Assembly: GCF_006345805.1 (NCBI RefSeq)
Contig: NW_021831987.1
Location: 1-64,000, forward strand
Source of the DNA: Octopus sinensis
Lineage: Eukaryota
Reading direction: 5' to 3'
DNA: 64,000 bases
The notes under the pieces were generated by a model. It worked only from the letters and a program-made list of their open reading frames with translations, was not told the origin of the DNA and searched no databases. The first letter of the stretch is position 1; each line of letters begins with the position of its first letter. The position numbers and the translations under genes were made by a program. Shown piece after piece: positions 1 to 13,465 of the stretch.

Positions 1-786
1 TGTCGACTACATGATATAGTAGGGTCAGTTGCGCACCGTCGGTATGAAAAGCTCCAACATATTGCAATTCCTTCGCCCAAAATTTGGAAACGACATGCTC
101 TACTGGTTGGCATTTGTGCCGGAAGCTTCAGTACGAATATTTCAGAGTGTTTGGATGTCAATCTGAGGACATGGACCGAGAGTGATAGAAATCAGACATC
201 CAGTCAACATCATGGTGTCTGGAGTGATCACTAGTGATGGCTTCTCATACCTCCATTCATCTTCCCACAAGGCTTCAGACACAACATGGTTGCCTACATC
301 AAAATACCTAGAGGAGGTAGTGCTGTCCTGGGCCAAAAGAGTGGCTGCTGGAAGACCCTATGTTTGGCAACAGGACTCTGCACCATGCCACACAAGCAGG
401 AGAACCCAGTCATGGTTGACAGACAATTTCTGCGACCACACCACCCCTAACATCTGGCCACCGCCCTAACTCCCCACACTGCATCCCCCTTCATTATCAT
501 TTGTGGGGCGCAGTTGATCGAGAGACCTACAAAACTCCTTGTAACGCCAAAGATGAGAAGGATTATGGCAGCATTCACCAACTCAAACAAGGAGATTGTC
601 CAGAAGAGTTGCAGGAGATTCCGAAGTTGTCTGGAGGCCGTGGTTAAAGCCAATGGCTATTTTATTGAATAAATTTACTCTTTAGTATTTCAAAATATTT
701 TTATGTAATTTTGGTAAATATTTCTGTTAAAATGTTATTTTTATTTTGGCCTTAACTCAGACGACAGTTTGTTCACCGCACCCCAT
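1..786 (+). mobile_element. Tc1/mariner transposon relic, DD37D (maT-like), internally deleted, running to the probable right end
   Basis: ORF 182-469 gives VMVSGVITSDG-like text and YVWQQDSAPCHTS..TQSWL..NIWPP. After a frameshift it continues NSPHCIPLHYHLWG (degenerate SPDxNPLDYxxWG). There are 37 residues between the 2nd and the mutated 3rd Asp. Ends in a TA run. Confidence 0.85.
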
Positions 787-795
787 ATATATATA

Positions 796-1200
796 CTCTT
801 TACTCTTTTACTCTTTTACTTGTTTCAGTCAATTGACTGCGGCCATGCTGGAGCACCGCCTTTAGTCGAGCAAATCGACTCCGGGACTTATTCTTTGTAA
901 ACCCAGTACTTATTCTATCGATCTCTTTTGCCGAACCGGTAAGTGACGGGGACGTAAACACACCAGCATCGGTTGTCAAGCAATGCTAGGGGGACAAACA
1001 CAAACACATACACACACACATATATATATATATAAATATATACGACAGGCTTCTTTCAGTTTCCGTCTACCAAATCCACTCACAAGGCATTGTTCGGCCC
1101 GGGGATATAGCAGAAGACACTTGCCCAAGATGCCACGCAGTGGGACTGAACCGGAACCATGTGGTTGGTTAGCAAGCTACTTACCACACCCACTCCTGCG

Positions 1201-1202
<2 letters not shown>
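796..1202 (-). mobile_element. tRNA-derived SINE family A (head GGCGCAGGAGTGG..., tail (GTAAAAGA)n)
   Basis: A/B-box-like head, internal microsatellite and short tandem tail; near-identical copies elsewhere in the window. Confidence 0.9.
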
Positions 1203-1250
<48 letters not shown>

Positions 1251-1326
1251 ATATATATAATATAGTAGATAGATAGATAGATAGATAGATAGAGAGAGAG
1301 ATACATACATACATACATACATACAT

Positions 1327-1369
<43 letters not shown>

Positions 1370-2809
1370 CATATGCAGTCATATAAACACACATACATAC
1401 ATACATATATGCCAGCGTAGGCACATGGAAGAAAAAGAGGTGATAGCTGCTTAGGCTGTCCACACATGGCCCACATGTCGAGCGTCACAATAAACATAAC
1501 ATTGTCAGTTGAATAGCTGCCGCTCACTTCAGTTGATCAAGAAAATATATAAATGTCAACCAGGAGAGCAGGCTCGGAACCAGAGTGAGTGGCTGCTTGC
1601 TTTGAAAGTTCCAAACATCGAATACCTAAACTGGTTGCCTACCCCCTCTCAATCCCCTCTCTCCTTCCCTCTCTCTCACCCTCACTCTTCCCGTGTGTGT
1701 GTGGGGGGGGGGCGCTCGTGTGTGCGTGTTTGAGCACGTGCTTATACGCATGTATCTGTATTTATACATGTATGTGCGAGTATATGTATGTCTACACTTA
1801 TATATATACAATATATATATATAATATAGGATAGGAAAGAGAAAGAGAGATGAAGGTAATATATACATACATATGCGTGTATATATATGACATATACATA
1901 TGTGCGTATATATATAGATGTACACACGCACATGCATTCACACACACATGCATTTGTTAAGTATGTGTGTGCGGTTAAAGATTTATCTATTTGGTGATCT
2001 GATGTATTTTAACATACACTCACTTGTATACGCATATATGCAGGTTGGCATGTGTGTATACAAGGAGGCATTTATTTACCTGACACATCTATATACACGT
2101 ATTGTTATATATTCGTATATTCGTGTGTGTATATATATATACTATACATATATATATATATATTTACATACATATATATATGTATATATATACAAAGCAA
2201 TAAAGGGTTTAGCAACGAATTGCCTTACCACATACCGAATTTAGAAATAGCAGTCAAAGAGTTATAGCTATTTCTTCTACTAAAAAGGGAGATCTCAGTA
2301 TATATATACATATATATATATATGCATATATACATATACTTGTGTATATCTATATATATGTGTGAATATATGTGTTTATATGTATGTATGTATGTACGTA
2401 TGTATGTATGTATGTACACACACATGTATACACACGCACGAACTTTGTCAATTACATAAAACTGTTCAATGAAATGTGAGTCTAACAGCAGTGTATTTCT
2501 TCTGTATTTTCACAGAAAACTGACATGAACCCCAGTGGTGTAATGTTGACAATAAAAACTCTCTATATTTATAAATAAACCTGTAAACACTGCCCGAAGG
2601 GGTCGAAATATTTTCACACATTGATTGCCGTGCTGGGGCTTACCGAGAGAAATCATGTTCCCGTGAATTGTTGTTTTTGTAGCTGCTGTTGTTGTTGTTG
2701 TTGTTGTTGTTTCGCCTTAGTTCAGTCATTAGTTTATAGGTTACAATGATAGTATATTTTTCATAAAGATTATCAGGGACCATTGTTATAATCAATCCTT
2801 TTAACAAAA

Positions 2810-2995
2810 GAACAAGACCCGAAATTTTTTTAGGAGAGGCGGGGGCTATTCGATTACAGAGACCCCCGTGTTTAACTGGTACTTATTTCCTCGACCCCGA
2901 AAGGGTGAGCGGTGAAGTCGACCTCGGCGGCATTTATACTTAGAGCGCAAAGACAGACGAAATGTCGATATGCATTCTGCCCACGCGCCGCCTTA
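2810..2995 (-). mobile_element. SINE family C, degenerate
   Basis: TCGACCCCGAAAGG...AAGTCGACCTCGGCGG core shared with the copies at 10948, 20897 and 29590. Confidence 0.7.
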
Positions 2996-3269
2996 ATTAT
3001 TTTTATAATTAATAAAAATCATCAAAGCTGGACTTTAAAAAAACATTTAACTCCTGATAGATTAAAGATCCCGTATCTTGTTTTACATGCGTTGAGGTTT
3101 ATTTTTTGTGCATAAGTTCACAGCTATTCTATTTCTTATTTTATTTATTTCTTTTTGTAGAATTCTACATAAAATTATTGTAAAATTATTATTTTTAAAT
3201 CTCACAACGAGAGATATTCAGCAACAGTACTTTGGAGCAAAGATTCTTTGCCAACAAAATATGGATAGC

Positions 3270-3566
3270 CCTGGTTTAGAACGAATGTTGCTGTAATTTA
3301 GCCCCAGGAGACAGCGTCTCCAGCGGGCTACATGACACGATCTGTGTCCTTATATATTCGAACAAGGGAATCTAGCACCCCCACTCAGCTCAAAATAATA
3401 TCTGTGTAATAACCCGGAAATCGCGTTATACTGATATTGTTTTGGGCTGAGTGAGGGTGCTAGATTCCCTTGTTCGAAAATATATACGACACAGATCGTG
3501 TCGTATAGCCAGCTAGAGACGATGTCTCCTGGGGCTAAATTACAGCAACATTCGTCCTAAACCAGG
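3270..3566. repeat. Imperfect fold-back (about 135-bp arms), MITE-like
   Basis: CCTGGTTTAGAACGAATGTTGCTGTAATTTAGCCCCAGGAGACA... pairs with ...TGTCTCCTGGGGCTAAATTACAGCAACATTCGTCCTAAACCAGG. Confidence 0.85.
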
Positions 3567-3934
3567 ACTGCCATAACTGAACAATGCGATAGGTGTGGTT
3601 TACATGAATATTTATTTTTTTAGTGGATACTCAATATATGTGGTAGAGGATATGTTTTTTTTTTATTGAAAATGAAACTAAGGATTGTGAAACTCGTGTC
3701 GCGTTCAAGTAGGACAGTTTCATTTTGATCTTTCGCACACAGTTTTTCCTTGATTGATGCAATCTCATCTGTAGTCACAACTCTCTGTAAAGATGTTATG
3801 GTTGCATTTGATTGCTTTGCTTTTACGGATGTATGGAAGATAAGAAATATGGACAAATATATTGTCAAGCTACCTAGATGCGATAACTACACTACCTCTT
3901 CTGATAGACGTATGACACAAGCAACCATAACATC

Positions 3935-4099
3935 TTTAAAGAGGACGTGGAACAAGTATAGTGTTATTGGACGCTCAGGAAAGGAAAGAAAGAAGGAGGA
4001 TTTAACGTTTCAAGCGGAGCTCTTCGTCAGAAACATAGGAAAAGGAAAGATCCAAGGAAGAGAAGACGGAGGAAAAAATCGCCAACGATACACACGCGG

Positions 4100-4103
<4 letters not shown>
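3935..4103 (-). mobile_element. Solo Penelope pseudo-LTR fragment with HHR (CTGACGA family; HHR about 3999-4035)
   Basis: Minus strand reads GTTT-CTGACGA-AGAGC-TCC-GCTT-GAAACGTT-AAAT; homologous to 21768-21980. Confidence 0.7.
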
Positions 4104-4137
<34 letters not shown>

Positions 4138-4366
4138 TGAAACGATTCGATAAAAAATTTCTTTTCTGCGTAGTGTATAGTGGTAAAGTATATAGCAAAA
4201 AAAAAAAAGGAAAATGTAGAGAAATTTTATGCTGGACAGATATTTATATAGTCGAGCGGGTTCATTCGTGCTGATTATGAATGAGAAGATAGTGATAACG
4301 TCACAATTTCAAGCTGTCATTAGAAGTTCTTATTACACATTAGTAGAAGTAAAGATATAATTGCTT

Positions 4367-4456
<90 letters not shown>

Positions 4457-4834
4457 AGAATCGGGACTCTCTTTTCCATAAGTTTTGGTGCCATGAGCTA
4501 TGTTATATATGACTTAGTAGGAGTCACGAAATATTAAGGTTTTCCAAGTTAATATAATGAACAGCTAATACAGTGAAAATATGCCAAACTTTCGCGAGGT
4601 TCAACTTGCATATAATATTCTTCATGTTTGCCATCTAAATTCCAGCAATCGAGCTTTCTTTTTCTTTTAGAAACCAGTTATTTCCACATGTGGAATGATT
4701 AAAAACGACAGATAACGTATATACATACGTACACGCATGCAAGCATGCATGCATACATATATGCATTCTTACATATACGCATATATACAAACATACTTGC
4801 GTACATACTTAAAAGCACGCATGCAAGAAAAGTA

Positions 4835-5162
4835 AAGTCGAACGAATCGACTCAGAACCTTTTTTTCAATTTTGTGCTTAATCTATCGGCCTCTGGCGGA
4901 ACGGCCAAGTTACGGGGACATAAACACACAAGCACCGGTTATCAAGCAGTGGTGGGCGACAAACACAGGCACAAACACACACACACAAATTTTTACATAC
5001 GTCGGGCTTCTTTCAGTTTCCGTTCACCAAATCTATTCACAAGGCTTTGGTCGGCCCGAGGCTATAATAGAAGACACTTGTCCAAGGTGCCATGTAATGG
5101 GACTGAACCCGGAACCATGTGGTTGGGAAGCAAGCTTCTTACCACACATCCATGCCTGCGCC
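4835..5162 (-). mobile_element. SINE family A
   Basis: Homology to 796-1202. Confidence 0.85.
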
Positions 5163-5466
5163 AATGTGTATTCTTAACATAATCGTCGGGTAGAACCAGT
5201 ATGATCCAAAGTGTGACAAAGGTGCAGCTTTGAATTACCTGTACAATCTCTTTCATGAGCTTCAGTACAGTTACCGTCTTCACAAGTTCACTTACAAGGC
5301 TTGGGTTGAAACTAGACCATAAGAATTACATTTGCACAAGATGTTACACAACAGGAACGAACTCGGTACATCGTGTTTGTGAAGCGAACTCGTACATCGT
5401 GTTTGTGAAGCGAACTCCTTAACCATTCAGCTATATTGCATGTATGTATGTATGTATGTATGTATG

Positions 5467-5497
<31 letters not shown>

Positions 5498-5987
5498 GTA
5501 TGTATGTATGTATGTATGTATTTAGGTAGGTAGGTAGCTAGGTAGGTGGGTAGGTAGGTACCTATCCACATCCATCTATATATATATATGCATACATGCG
5601 CACACAAACATACATGCACATGAATACGTACAGATATACATGCATACACACATACATATATACACATTCAAACATACATACGTACATACATACATACATA
5701 CACACATATATATGCATACATTCATGAATAGAAGCGTACGTATACTTATATACATTCACACATACATAAATACAAAGATACACATATATATCTATCTACC
5801 TACATACATACATACATACACACATACACACAAACAAAAATACCCTGTTGTTGATGTTGAAATTCCGATGAAGGAACCTTGGATCTAGGTTAGAAACCGG
5901 CTCTTTCTCTATTGGCAAGAAATCTTGAAATAAACTGAATAATGACCTACATACATACATAAATAAAAACATACATACATACATACA

Positions 5988-6018
<31 letters not shown>

Positions 6019-6734
6019 GAATACGCAGATGTCAGCTGTTTTGAGCGAAAGGTATTCTGTGCGGCCCGGCCTCTGTGGTTTGTCTCGCTCATTAAAGGAA
6101 CCGGGCGAAATCAAATACACAAACGAAAATAACAGAAGACATTCCAGACAAGTAAATTGTTGATTCCTGGACTTAATTTAAATATGTCTTTAAGATGATG
6201 ACATGAGTCTAGCACAGCATGTTAAAGTCTCGGATGTTAGGGTGGAGGGCATTAAAAGAAATGGAAGCTTCCATAAATGGCCCACCGTTATCACCACCAC
6301 CACCAACAACAACAATCATCCTCATCTTCTACCTCCTCCTCTTCCTCTTCCTTCTCCTACTCCACCTCGTCCTCCTCCTCATCATCATTATCCTCCTCCT
6401 GCCCCTACTCCTGCTGCTGCTGCTGCTGCTGCTGCCCCTTCTCCTCGTCGTAGTCGTCATCAGCACAGCTCATCCCTCCTCTTCTTCTTCTTCTCCCTCT
6501 TCTTCTGCCTCCACTTCTTCCTCCTCTTCTTCTTCCTCCTCCACTTCTTCCTCCACTTCTTCCTCCACTTCTTCCTCTTCTTCCTCCACTTCTTCCTCCT
6601 CTTCCGCTTCCTCCTCTTCCGCTTCCTCTCCTCTCCCCTTCCTCCTCTTCCTCTTCCTTCACCTCTTCATTGTTATCATCTTCATCACCATTATCATTAT
6701 CATGTCTTCCTCCTTCTCTTCATCACCATCATTA

Positions 6735-6951
6735 TTCGTTTACTTGTTTCAGCTATTAGGTTGCGGCCATACTGGGGCACCACCTTGACGAATTCTTAGT
6801 CTAATGAATTGACTCCTGTACTTTTTTAAGCCTTGTACTTAACCCCTCGGTCTTTTGCCGAAAGGCAAAGTCACGGGTACGTAAACACACCAACACCGGT
6901 TATCAAGCCTTGTTGGGAGACAAGCATAAACACACACACATACGCATACAC

Positions 6952-7022
<71 letters not shown>

Positions 7023-7196
7023 AATCTATCTATCACGGACTTCTTTTCAGTTTCCGTCTACCAAATGCACTCACAAGTCTTTGGTCAGCTCGTGGCTATA
7101 GCAGAAGACACTTACCTAAGGTGCCACGCAATGTGACTGAACCTGGAACCATGTGGTTGGGAAGCAAACCTTTTACCACACAGCCACGCCTGCGCC
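6735..7196 (-). mobile_element. SINE family A with internal (CTAT)n
   Basis: Homology to 796-1202. Confidence 0.85.
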
Positions 7197-7259
7197 TGTT
7201 TATTTCGGTTTTCTGTTTTGTCTTGTTTGTCACTAATATTGGCTTCAAATTTTGACAGA

Positions 7260-8170
7260 AGACCAGCAATGGCTTGTGAAGCTTTTACTTCATCTTCTCA
7301 AAACGACTAACCCAAACCTATTCGGGCGTGCGTCCAACATGGCGCTCCAGTCGCCCACTAACATGGCTCTTTGTAGTTCCTCCATATCTAGGCTACGGGA
7401 TGTGGAGGAACCAGCGTCTGTGGAATCAGTCCCAGGGTGTGTGAGTGTGTTTGTGTTTGTCTGAGCGTTGCTGTGTGTGTATGTGTGTACTTGAGAGAGA
7501 GAGAGAGAGTAAGGCGGAGTGTTGGTTTGGGAGACAGCCATGGTGATTATCCCTATTGACTTTATGTGTGCTTCACCCGAAGGTGAGGCTTCATGTGTGG
7601 CATATTGTCTCTGTTGTTGAGTGTTTTGCTTGAGTGGTGAGAGTAGCTTCGTGCCTCCTGTCTTTTTGGAGCAGAAAGATCTGAGGTGGCTAGTGGGCCC
7701 ACATATATCGATTGCACTTAAGCTTTCTGCCTTCTACTATCATACGCAGATCGACCCCGTTGGGCGACTGAATAAAATTTGGGCTTTTTTCTGTTTTCAG
7801 GTTTTACAAGAAGCAGGATTTCTATTGTTATCCCGGACCAGTTCTCCTTGCTGTTCTATTTCATCTCTAGAAGTGACCCCGTGTCCTCTACAACGCAAGT
7901 AACAGACCACCAGACGTTCACGTCCAAAAGAACGTTCGATACTCTCATTCTAGATTCTTTTGGGGAGGTAGGTTGCATACAGGACCCACTCCTCCCTTCA
8001 GCAGGGTATTACTGCATGTTTATGTGCGAGGCCCTCACTTTTCAAGAGGACCTCGATGACGGCATACTGTCTGCCTTTCTGTATATGGAACACATCTTCT
8101 AAGATGTCCTTCAGTGCCTCTTCCTCTTGACATATAGCTGCTACTTCTGCTTGCCTGCTCTTGCAGGAGA
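7260..8170 (-). pseudogene. L1/Tx1-like LINE relic: ORF1 CCHC knuckle joined to an APE endonuclease fragment
   Basis: Minus strand gives LRMIVEGRKLKC/ICGPTSHLRSFC (CX2CX4HX4C across a frameshift) and MLVGDWSAMLD (GDFN-like APE motif). Confidence 0.6.
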
Positions 8171-8174
8171 CACA

Positions 8175-8572
8175 TCTTTATATATAAAAGAGAGGTTGTG
8201 TGCTGTCTGTCTCCTACGATTTAGATTCCTAACTACTCCCACATTTTGCGGTGCAGTTTAACCAAAACCGGGTATCTTATAGTCGTGATTCATATCGAGC
8301 CCTTCTGGGTATTAGCGCGCGTCTACGATGAGTCTACGATTTTAAAAACAATTTGCCATCAATTTTTCCAATTTTTAATGCACTTTTGGCATATATGAGG
8401 GAAGTAACTCTCTAAAAATTTATTATTAAATCTCAGAACGTAAAAAGCTACAGTAACACCTCCCCCCTTTGTGGTTAGCCATATTGAGATGGCTATTATA
8501 CTTTACATCTCTAAAAATGCTTATATAGTTATTTCCCTTACAAACCCGAGCAACGCCGGGCGATACTGCTAG
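8175..8572 (+). mobile_element. Non-autonomous Helitron
   Basis: A|TC 5' end, subterminal hairpin CCCGAGCAACGCCGGG, CTAG|T 3' end; related copies at 18676 and 61183. Confidence 0.85.
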
Positions 8573-9051
8573 TTTAAAATAAATAGTTTGTTCTTCCTTC
8601 ATTTCCAAAACTTCACTACCACACCACCAACACGGCCACCACCACGGCCATCACCACCACGACCACTGCCAACAACAACAGCAACACTACAAGGAAAGAA
8701 GAAAGCTTTTAGGCGAACACTCGACATACTAGAAATAGCTGTCAAATCTCAAAAAAATTACACTTTACAGACTTGAAAATGGACACTTCGATGATGTGCT
8801 GTTGAATTTCTTGTTCATAGGAAAGAGATAGGATGCTTAGGTCAGGAATGTATTTGATTGTATTTCTAATCGATCAGAGTTGACCTGAATCCAAACAGCA
8901 AACAATAAGAACTACAGACTTTAATCACAAACGCAGTGCTTCTCGGTTAAGATACCAAACATCTGACATAGATGCAGATACGGTGATTGCTCCATCTTCA
9001 CAGATGGTTGCCGTCTCGCTGGGCTTCCTCGTTCACAATGTGGTCAGTTTT

Positions 9052-9102
9052 ACAGTTCTATATTTAAGAGATGAGGAATTATGTACATTATTTACATTCG
9101 AC

Positions 9103-9163
<61 letters not shown>

Positions 9164-9464
9164 AAGAAGAAGAAGAAGAAGAAGAAGAAGAAGGAGAAGA
9201 AGAAGGAGAAGAAGAGGAGGAGGAGGAGGAGGAGGAGAAGAAGAAGAAGAAGAAGAAGAAGAAGAAGAAGAAGAAGAAGAAGAAGAAGAAGAAGAAGAAG
9301 AAGAAGAAGAAGAAGAAGAAGGTCGAGAAATACCTAGGGAATGAGAAACCAGGCTCGAAATTTCTCCAAGACACCTGAAGAAGGCTGAAGGGTATATCAG
9401 CTGAAACGTTGTTTTAACAACAAACAAGATGAGGACAAATATCTGTCGAATGTAAATAATGTCA
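9052..9464. mobile_element. HHR-bearing non-autonomous element, inverted unit (HHR 9370-9415, + strand)
   Basis: Inverted tail 9052-9102, then (AAT)n/(AAG)n, then GACAC-CTGAAGA-AGGCTGA..TCAGCT-GAAACGTT. Flanked by TCAGTTTT at 9044-9051 and 9465-9472. Confidence 0.75.
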
Positions 9465-9654
9465 TCAGTTTTGACCTTCCGTCTATGACCTCTCGGATGA
9501 CATTTTCAGTCCCGCTGTAGATCTGCATGGTTGGGTAAGCGACAGACGAAAGCTGTAACTTTTTCTGGATTGATCGGATCACATTGTGGGATATGATATC
9601 CGTAGAAGCCATTTCGCTAACTACTCAAGTTGAATCACCTGCCCTAGAAGAAAG

Positions 9655-9960
9655 GCTGTAGCAGCCAGTTCTTTTATGGGACTTGATATGGTTGACATAC
9701 CCAAACTTGATAAAAATTACAGTCTCACGTTTCAAACCCAACCTTCAGCAATTAATGTTTCCAATAAGGTTCTTATGACAGCCCCTCCGAAGCTTGCAGT
9801 TTTGGTTACCATGCTCAAAGGAACCCTCTTCAAAGGTTTTACAACCTTCCTTTATACGCTTCTGCCATTCAGAGCTTTCCAAAGCTAATTCTTCTCAATT
9901 CTTTGCATTGACTTACAGTTTCCTCGGGTTGTCTTTTAGGCTGTCTTTGTATCTGTTTTG
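9655..9960 (-). pseudogene. RTE-clade LINE C-terminal relic
   Basis: Minus strand gives ALERQKRIKEGCKTFEE ... KFGYVNHIKSH (RTE C-terminus with remnant zinc finger). Confidence 0.5.
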
Positions 9961-10947
9961 TGGTTAGTATTGAGTTTTCTTCCCAGTGCACAGCTCACAG
10001 TTGCACAGCTGGTTTAGAAACCTATTATCCTCCATCCATGCGTACGTACATGAATATATCAGAAAGAAAGCCACCAGCTAACACGCACATTACAAATACA
10101 GTCTGTACGCAGAACAATAACAATATGCAGGACTCTTCTCTACTTCAAAATGGGACATTGTTTTTGTTATCAACATTCCAACGATAGAGCTGTGTATCGT
10201 AGTTAGAAACCAGCTCTTTCCTTACAGGAAAACTTCATATAATTAAATATGCGTGAATGTATGAACACATGCGCGCATTTGAATGTGTGTTTATGTATGT
10301 GTGCATGTGTGTATTTGAGTGTGTGTGTTTGTATGAATGTGCGTGTGTGTGTTTGCGTGTGTGTATACATATGTACGTGAAAACAATAAATATATTATAA
10401 ATAAAATACTTTAAACAAGAAATAAAGAAAGGAACTGAACAAGATGTAAGCAAATGAAATATTTCCTTCCAGGAATGACTGCTATGTGTCATGGCCGAAT
10501 GATTCCCTTCTGGTCTTTGAAACGTTCCTCGTTTTCATCCTCTCTAATTATCCACAACACCGAAACTTTCGCGTTGTGACGGTGTGTTTGCTTTTGTGGC
10601 AGGGGAGTGAGAGAAAGCCAGGGTGGAAGGGAAAGAGGGAGAAGAACACCTAGAATCTTCCTGAGTACTTAACTGGTTTGTATCTTTATTTAACCTCCCA
10701 GAAAGCATGAAGTGGGAGTCGGCCACTCTAAAATTTCAATCTCGAGTGCGGAAAGCCGTTAGAAATACCACAAACCAGACAGTCTGTTACATTCACGTTT
10801 CTATTAATTCGCCACCTTGCTTATAGAGGTCAATACATGAAGAATATATAACGTAAAGGTGGGATGATGTAGGGGTGGAGTCCGTAAATTTTTATGTCTT
10901 GTATGGTATTAGATTGAATCAAAAGTTTTGCAATATTTTGGCAACTT

Positions 10948-11456
10948 AAGGCAGTGAGCTGGCAGAAACGTTAGCACGCCGGGCGAAATGCTTAGCGGTA
11001 TTTCGTCTGCCGTTACGTTCTGAGTTCAAATTCCACCGAGGTCGACTTTGCCTTTCATTCTTTCGGGGTCGATTAAATAAGTAGCAGTTACGCACTGGGG
11101 TCGATATTATCGACTTAATCCGTTTGTCTGTCCTTGTTTGTCCTCTCTGTTATCCCTTGTGGATAGTAAAGAAATAGGTATTTCGCCTCCCGCAAAATTT
11201 TGAGCCTTGTGCCTAGAGTAGAAAAGAATATTTTGTTTATAAGGCGGCGAGCTGGCAGATTCGTTAGTACGCCGGGCGAAATGCTTAGCGGTATTTCGTC
11301 TGTCTATACGATCTGAGTTCAAATTCCGCCGAGGTCGATTTTGCCTTACATCCTTCTGGGTTCGATAAATTAAGTACCAGTTGAGTTCTGGGTCGATCTA
11401 ATCGACTTTTACCCTCCTCAAAAATTTCGGGCCTTGTGCCTAGAGTAGAAAAGAAT
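10948..11456 (+). mobile_element. SINE family C, two tandem copies (tRNA head, central domain resembling the Meta domain)
   Basis: AAGGCGGCGAGCTGGCAGA head, GAGTTCAAATTCC B box, GCCTTTCATCCTTTCGGGGTCGAT-type core. Confidence 0.85.
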
Positions 11457-11600
11457 ATTTTGGGAACTTATTTACTTCAATCGTCAAGTTACAACAAAAG
11501 TAGCCTAGCATTCAAAGTAGGGGTCATCGTGTTACACTGTCCAAAGGTACCACTCTGTCAGTACTTTGATCCCACGCTGATGCCACTTCTTGCTCTTCTT

Positions 11601-12124
11601 GTTCAGCCAAATGAGACCGATATAATAACTTAGCGGTTCGCCAAATCAGATCGATAGAATAACTTAGCTGTTCGGCAGAGGAGATCGATAGAAAAACTTA
11701 GCGGTTCGTCAAATGAGGTCGATATAATAACATAGCGGTTCGCCAAAAGATCGATATAATAACTTAGCGGTTCACCAAACGAGACGGATATAATAACTTA
11801 GCAGTTCGCCAAATGATTTCGATAGAATAACTTAGCTAAGTTATTCTATCGATCTCGTTCGCCGAACTGCTAAGTTATTCTATCGACACCATTTGGTGAA
11901 CCACTAGGTTATTATATCGATCACTGTTGGCGAACCGCTAAGTTATTCTGTTGGTCTTATTTTGCGAACCGCTAAGTTATTCTATCGATCACATTTTAGC
12001 GAACCGGTAAGTTGTTATATCGATCTCATTTGGGGAATCGCTAAGTTATTCTATCGATCTCGTTTGGCGAATGCTAAGTCATTATATCGATCGATTTTGG
12101 CGAACCGCTAATTTATTCTATCGA
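11601..12124. repeat. Mirror-symmetric 34-bp minisatellite derived from a SINE A internal segment
   Basis: Unit AACTTAGCGGTTCGCCAAATGAGATCGATAGAAT. About 6.8 units forward and about 8.3 reverse, joined at AACTTAG|CTAAGTT (11835/11836). Confidence 0.9.
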
Positions 12125-12270
12125 ACATTTAATGTGGTTTTAGAGTCAGATTTTGGCTGCTATTTCCAGCGTGGTGGTATCTCTTAGATACCCTAAATTA
12201 TAATTCTAATAATAATTATTACCTTTGAAGGTTTTTTATTCCCATGCTGGCCGCTTGATAAGATCGATAT

Positions 12271-13465
12271 TTAAATTGCTTCTCGTTCACGGGCGAGTTC
12301 TACCATCAGTTCTCGGGAGTGGCCATGGGAACGCGAATGGGCCCCAACTATGCGAACCTGTTCGTTGGCTATGTTGAGGCCCAAATATTCTCTAATTTCA
12401 CTGGTCCCACTCCTGAACTATATGGTCGTTACATTGACGACATTATCGGTGCCACCTCACTCTCCCGTGAACATCTAGATTCCTTCCTCTCTTTTGTTCA
12501 ATCTTTCCATCCAGCCCTCCACTTCACTTCCACTATCTCCTACACCTCTGTCTCCTTCCTCGACATTTCGGTTAGCATTCTTCACTCCACTCTTACCACC
12601 TCCATTCACTACAAACACACAGACTCACACTCTTACCTCAACTTCTCTTCCTCCACCCAGAACACACCAAGCCTTCCATCCCCTATTCCAATTCCTTCGT
12701 CTACGTAGGCTCTGTAGTGACGACCATGACTTTGAGACTCAGTCTCACCGTATTGCTCACCACTTCATCCTACGTGGATACCCCCTCACCACTATCCACA
12801 CCGCCCTTGCCAGATCACGTTCCGTGGACCGTGATCTGCTCTCTCTCCCCGAACCCCCCCCTGTAGTCTCCCGCCTCCCTTTTCCCCTCACTTACCACCC
12901 CACGACCCTACCTCTCCAACGCACCATTCTTCGAGCTTTCCGTCATCTCCAGTCCGACCCGTCCACTTCACACCTTTCCTAACCGACCCCTCCCCTCTTT
13001 CAAACGAGCCCATAACCTTCGAGACCTTTTGGTCCATAGCTCCTCCCTGACCCTACCTCCCAACCTGGCTCGTTCCCCTGCTCCGCCCTCGTTGCCGCAC
13101 TTGCCCTTACCTCTCCAACACCACCCTCCTCACTGGCACCCATCATCGACCCTTTCGCATCATCAACTCCTTTACCTGACCTCCAGCAAATATCTATTGG
13201 TCTCTTGCTCTCTCTGCCATTCCCTGTACATCGGACAAACGGGACGCCGCTTGGCTGACCGGTTCGCGGAACACCTTCGTGACATCCACCTTGCGAACGA
13301 CACACCGGTCTCACACCATTTCCGCTCCACGGTCACTCCTTGCACACCTGTCTGCGTTCGGTTTGTCCTTACACAGAGGCCATCCGGATTCCCGTTTGCG
13401 CCGTGAACAGGAATTAATCTTCTCTCTTCGCTCTTATATGCCATTTGGTCTCAACTCTCCCCCTC
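12271..13465 (+). pseudogene. Penelope-like element ORF (RT, Cys-rich linker, GIY-YIG endonuclease), 5'-truncated and frameshifted
   Basis: FYHQFSGVAMGTRMGPNYANLF, YGRYIDDII, SFLDI, QFLRLRRLCSD, GSFPCS..RCRTCPY, CSLCHSLYIGQTGRRLADRFAEH, RREQELIFSL..PFGLN. Confidence 0.95.

Noticed and set aside
3750-4274. 174-aa ORF
   Set aside because: Reads through an antisense pseudo-LTR and a TA microsatellite.
5358-5418. 26-bp tandem duplication
   Set aside because: Local slippage within a decayed SINE A head.
5858-5908. HHR-like CCGATGA..AACCT/AGGTT..GAAACCGGCTC (related copy near 10180-10220)
   Set aside because: Stem III/NUH geometry and stem I do not fit; left unassigned.
6203-6799. 198-aa and 189-aa ORFs
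   Set aside because: Translations of CCT/CTT/CAT triplet repeats; open in several frames with no domain.
11601-12124. CRISPR-like array
   Set aside because: Units are contiguous 34-mers with homologous middles, derive from a SINE, invert mid-array, and there are no cas genes in this eukaryotic context.
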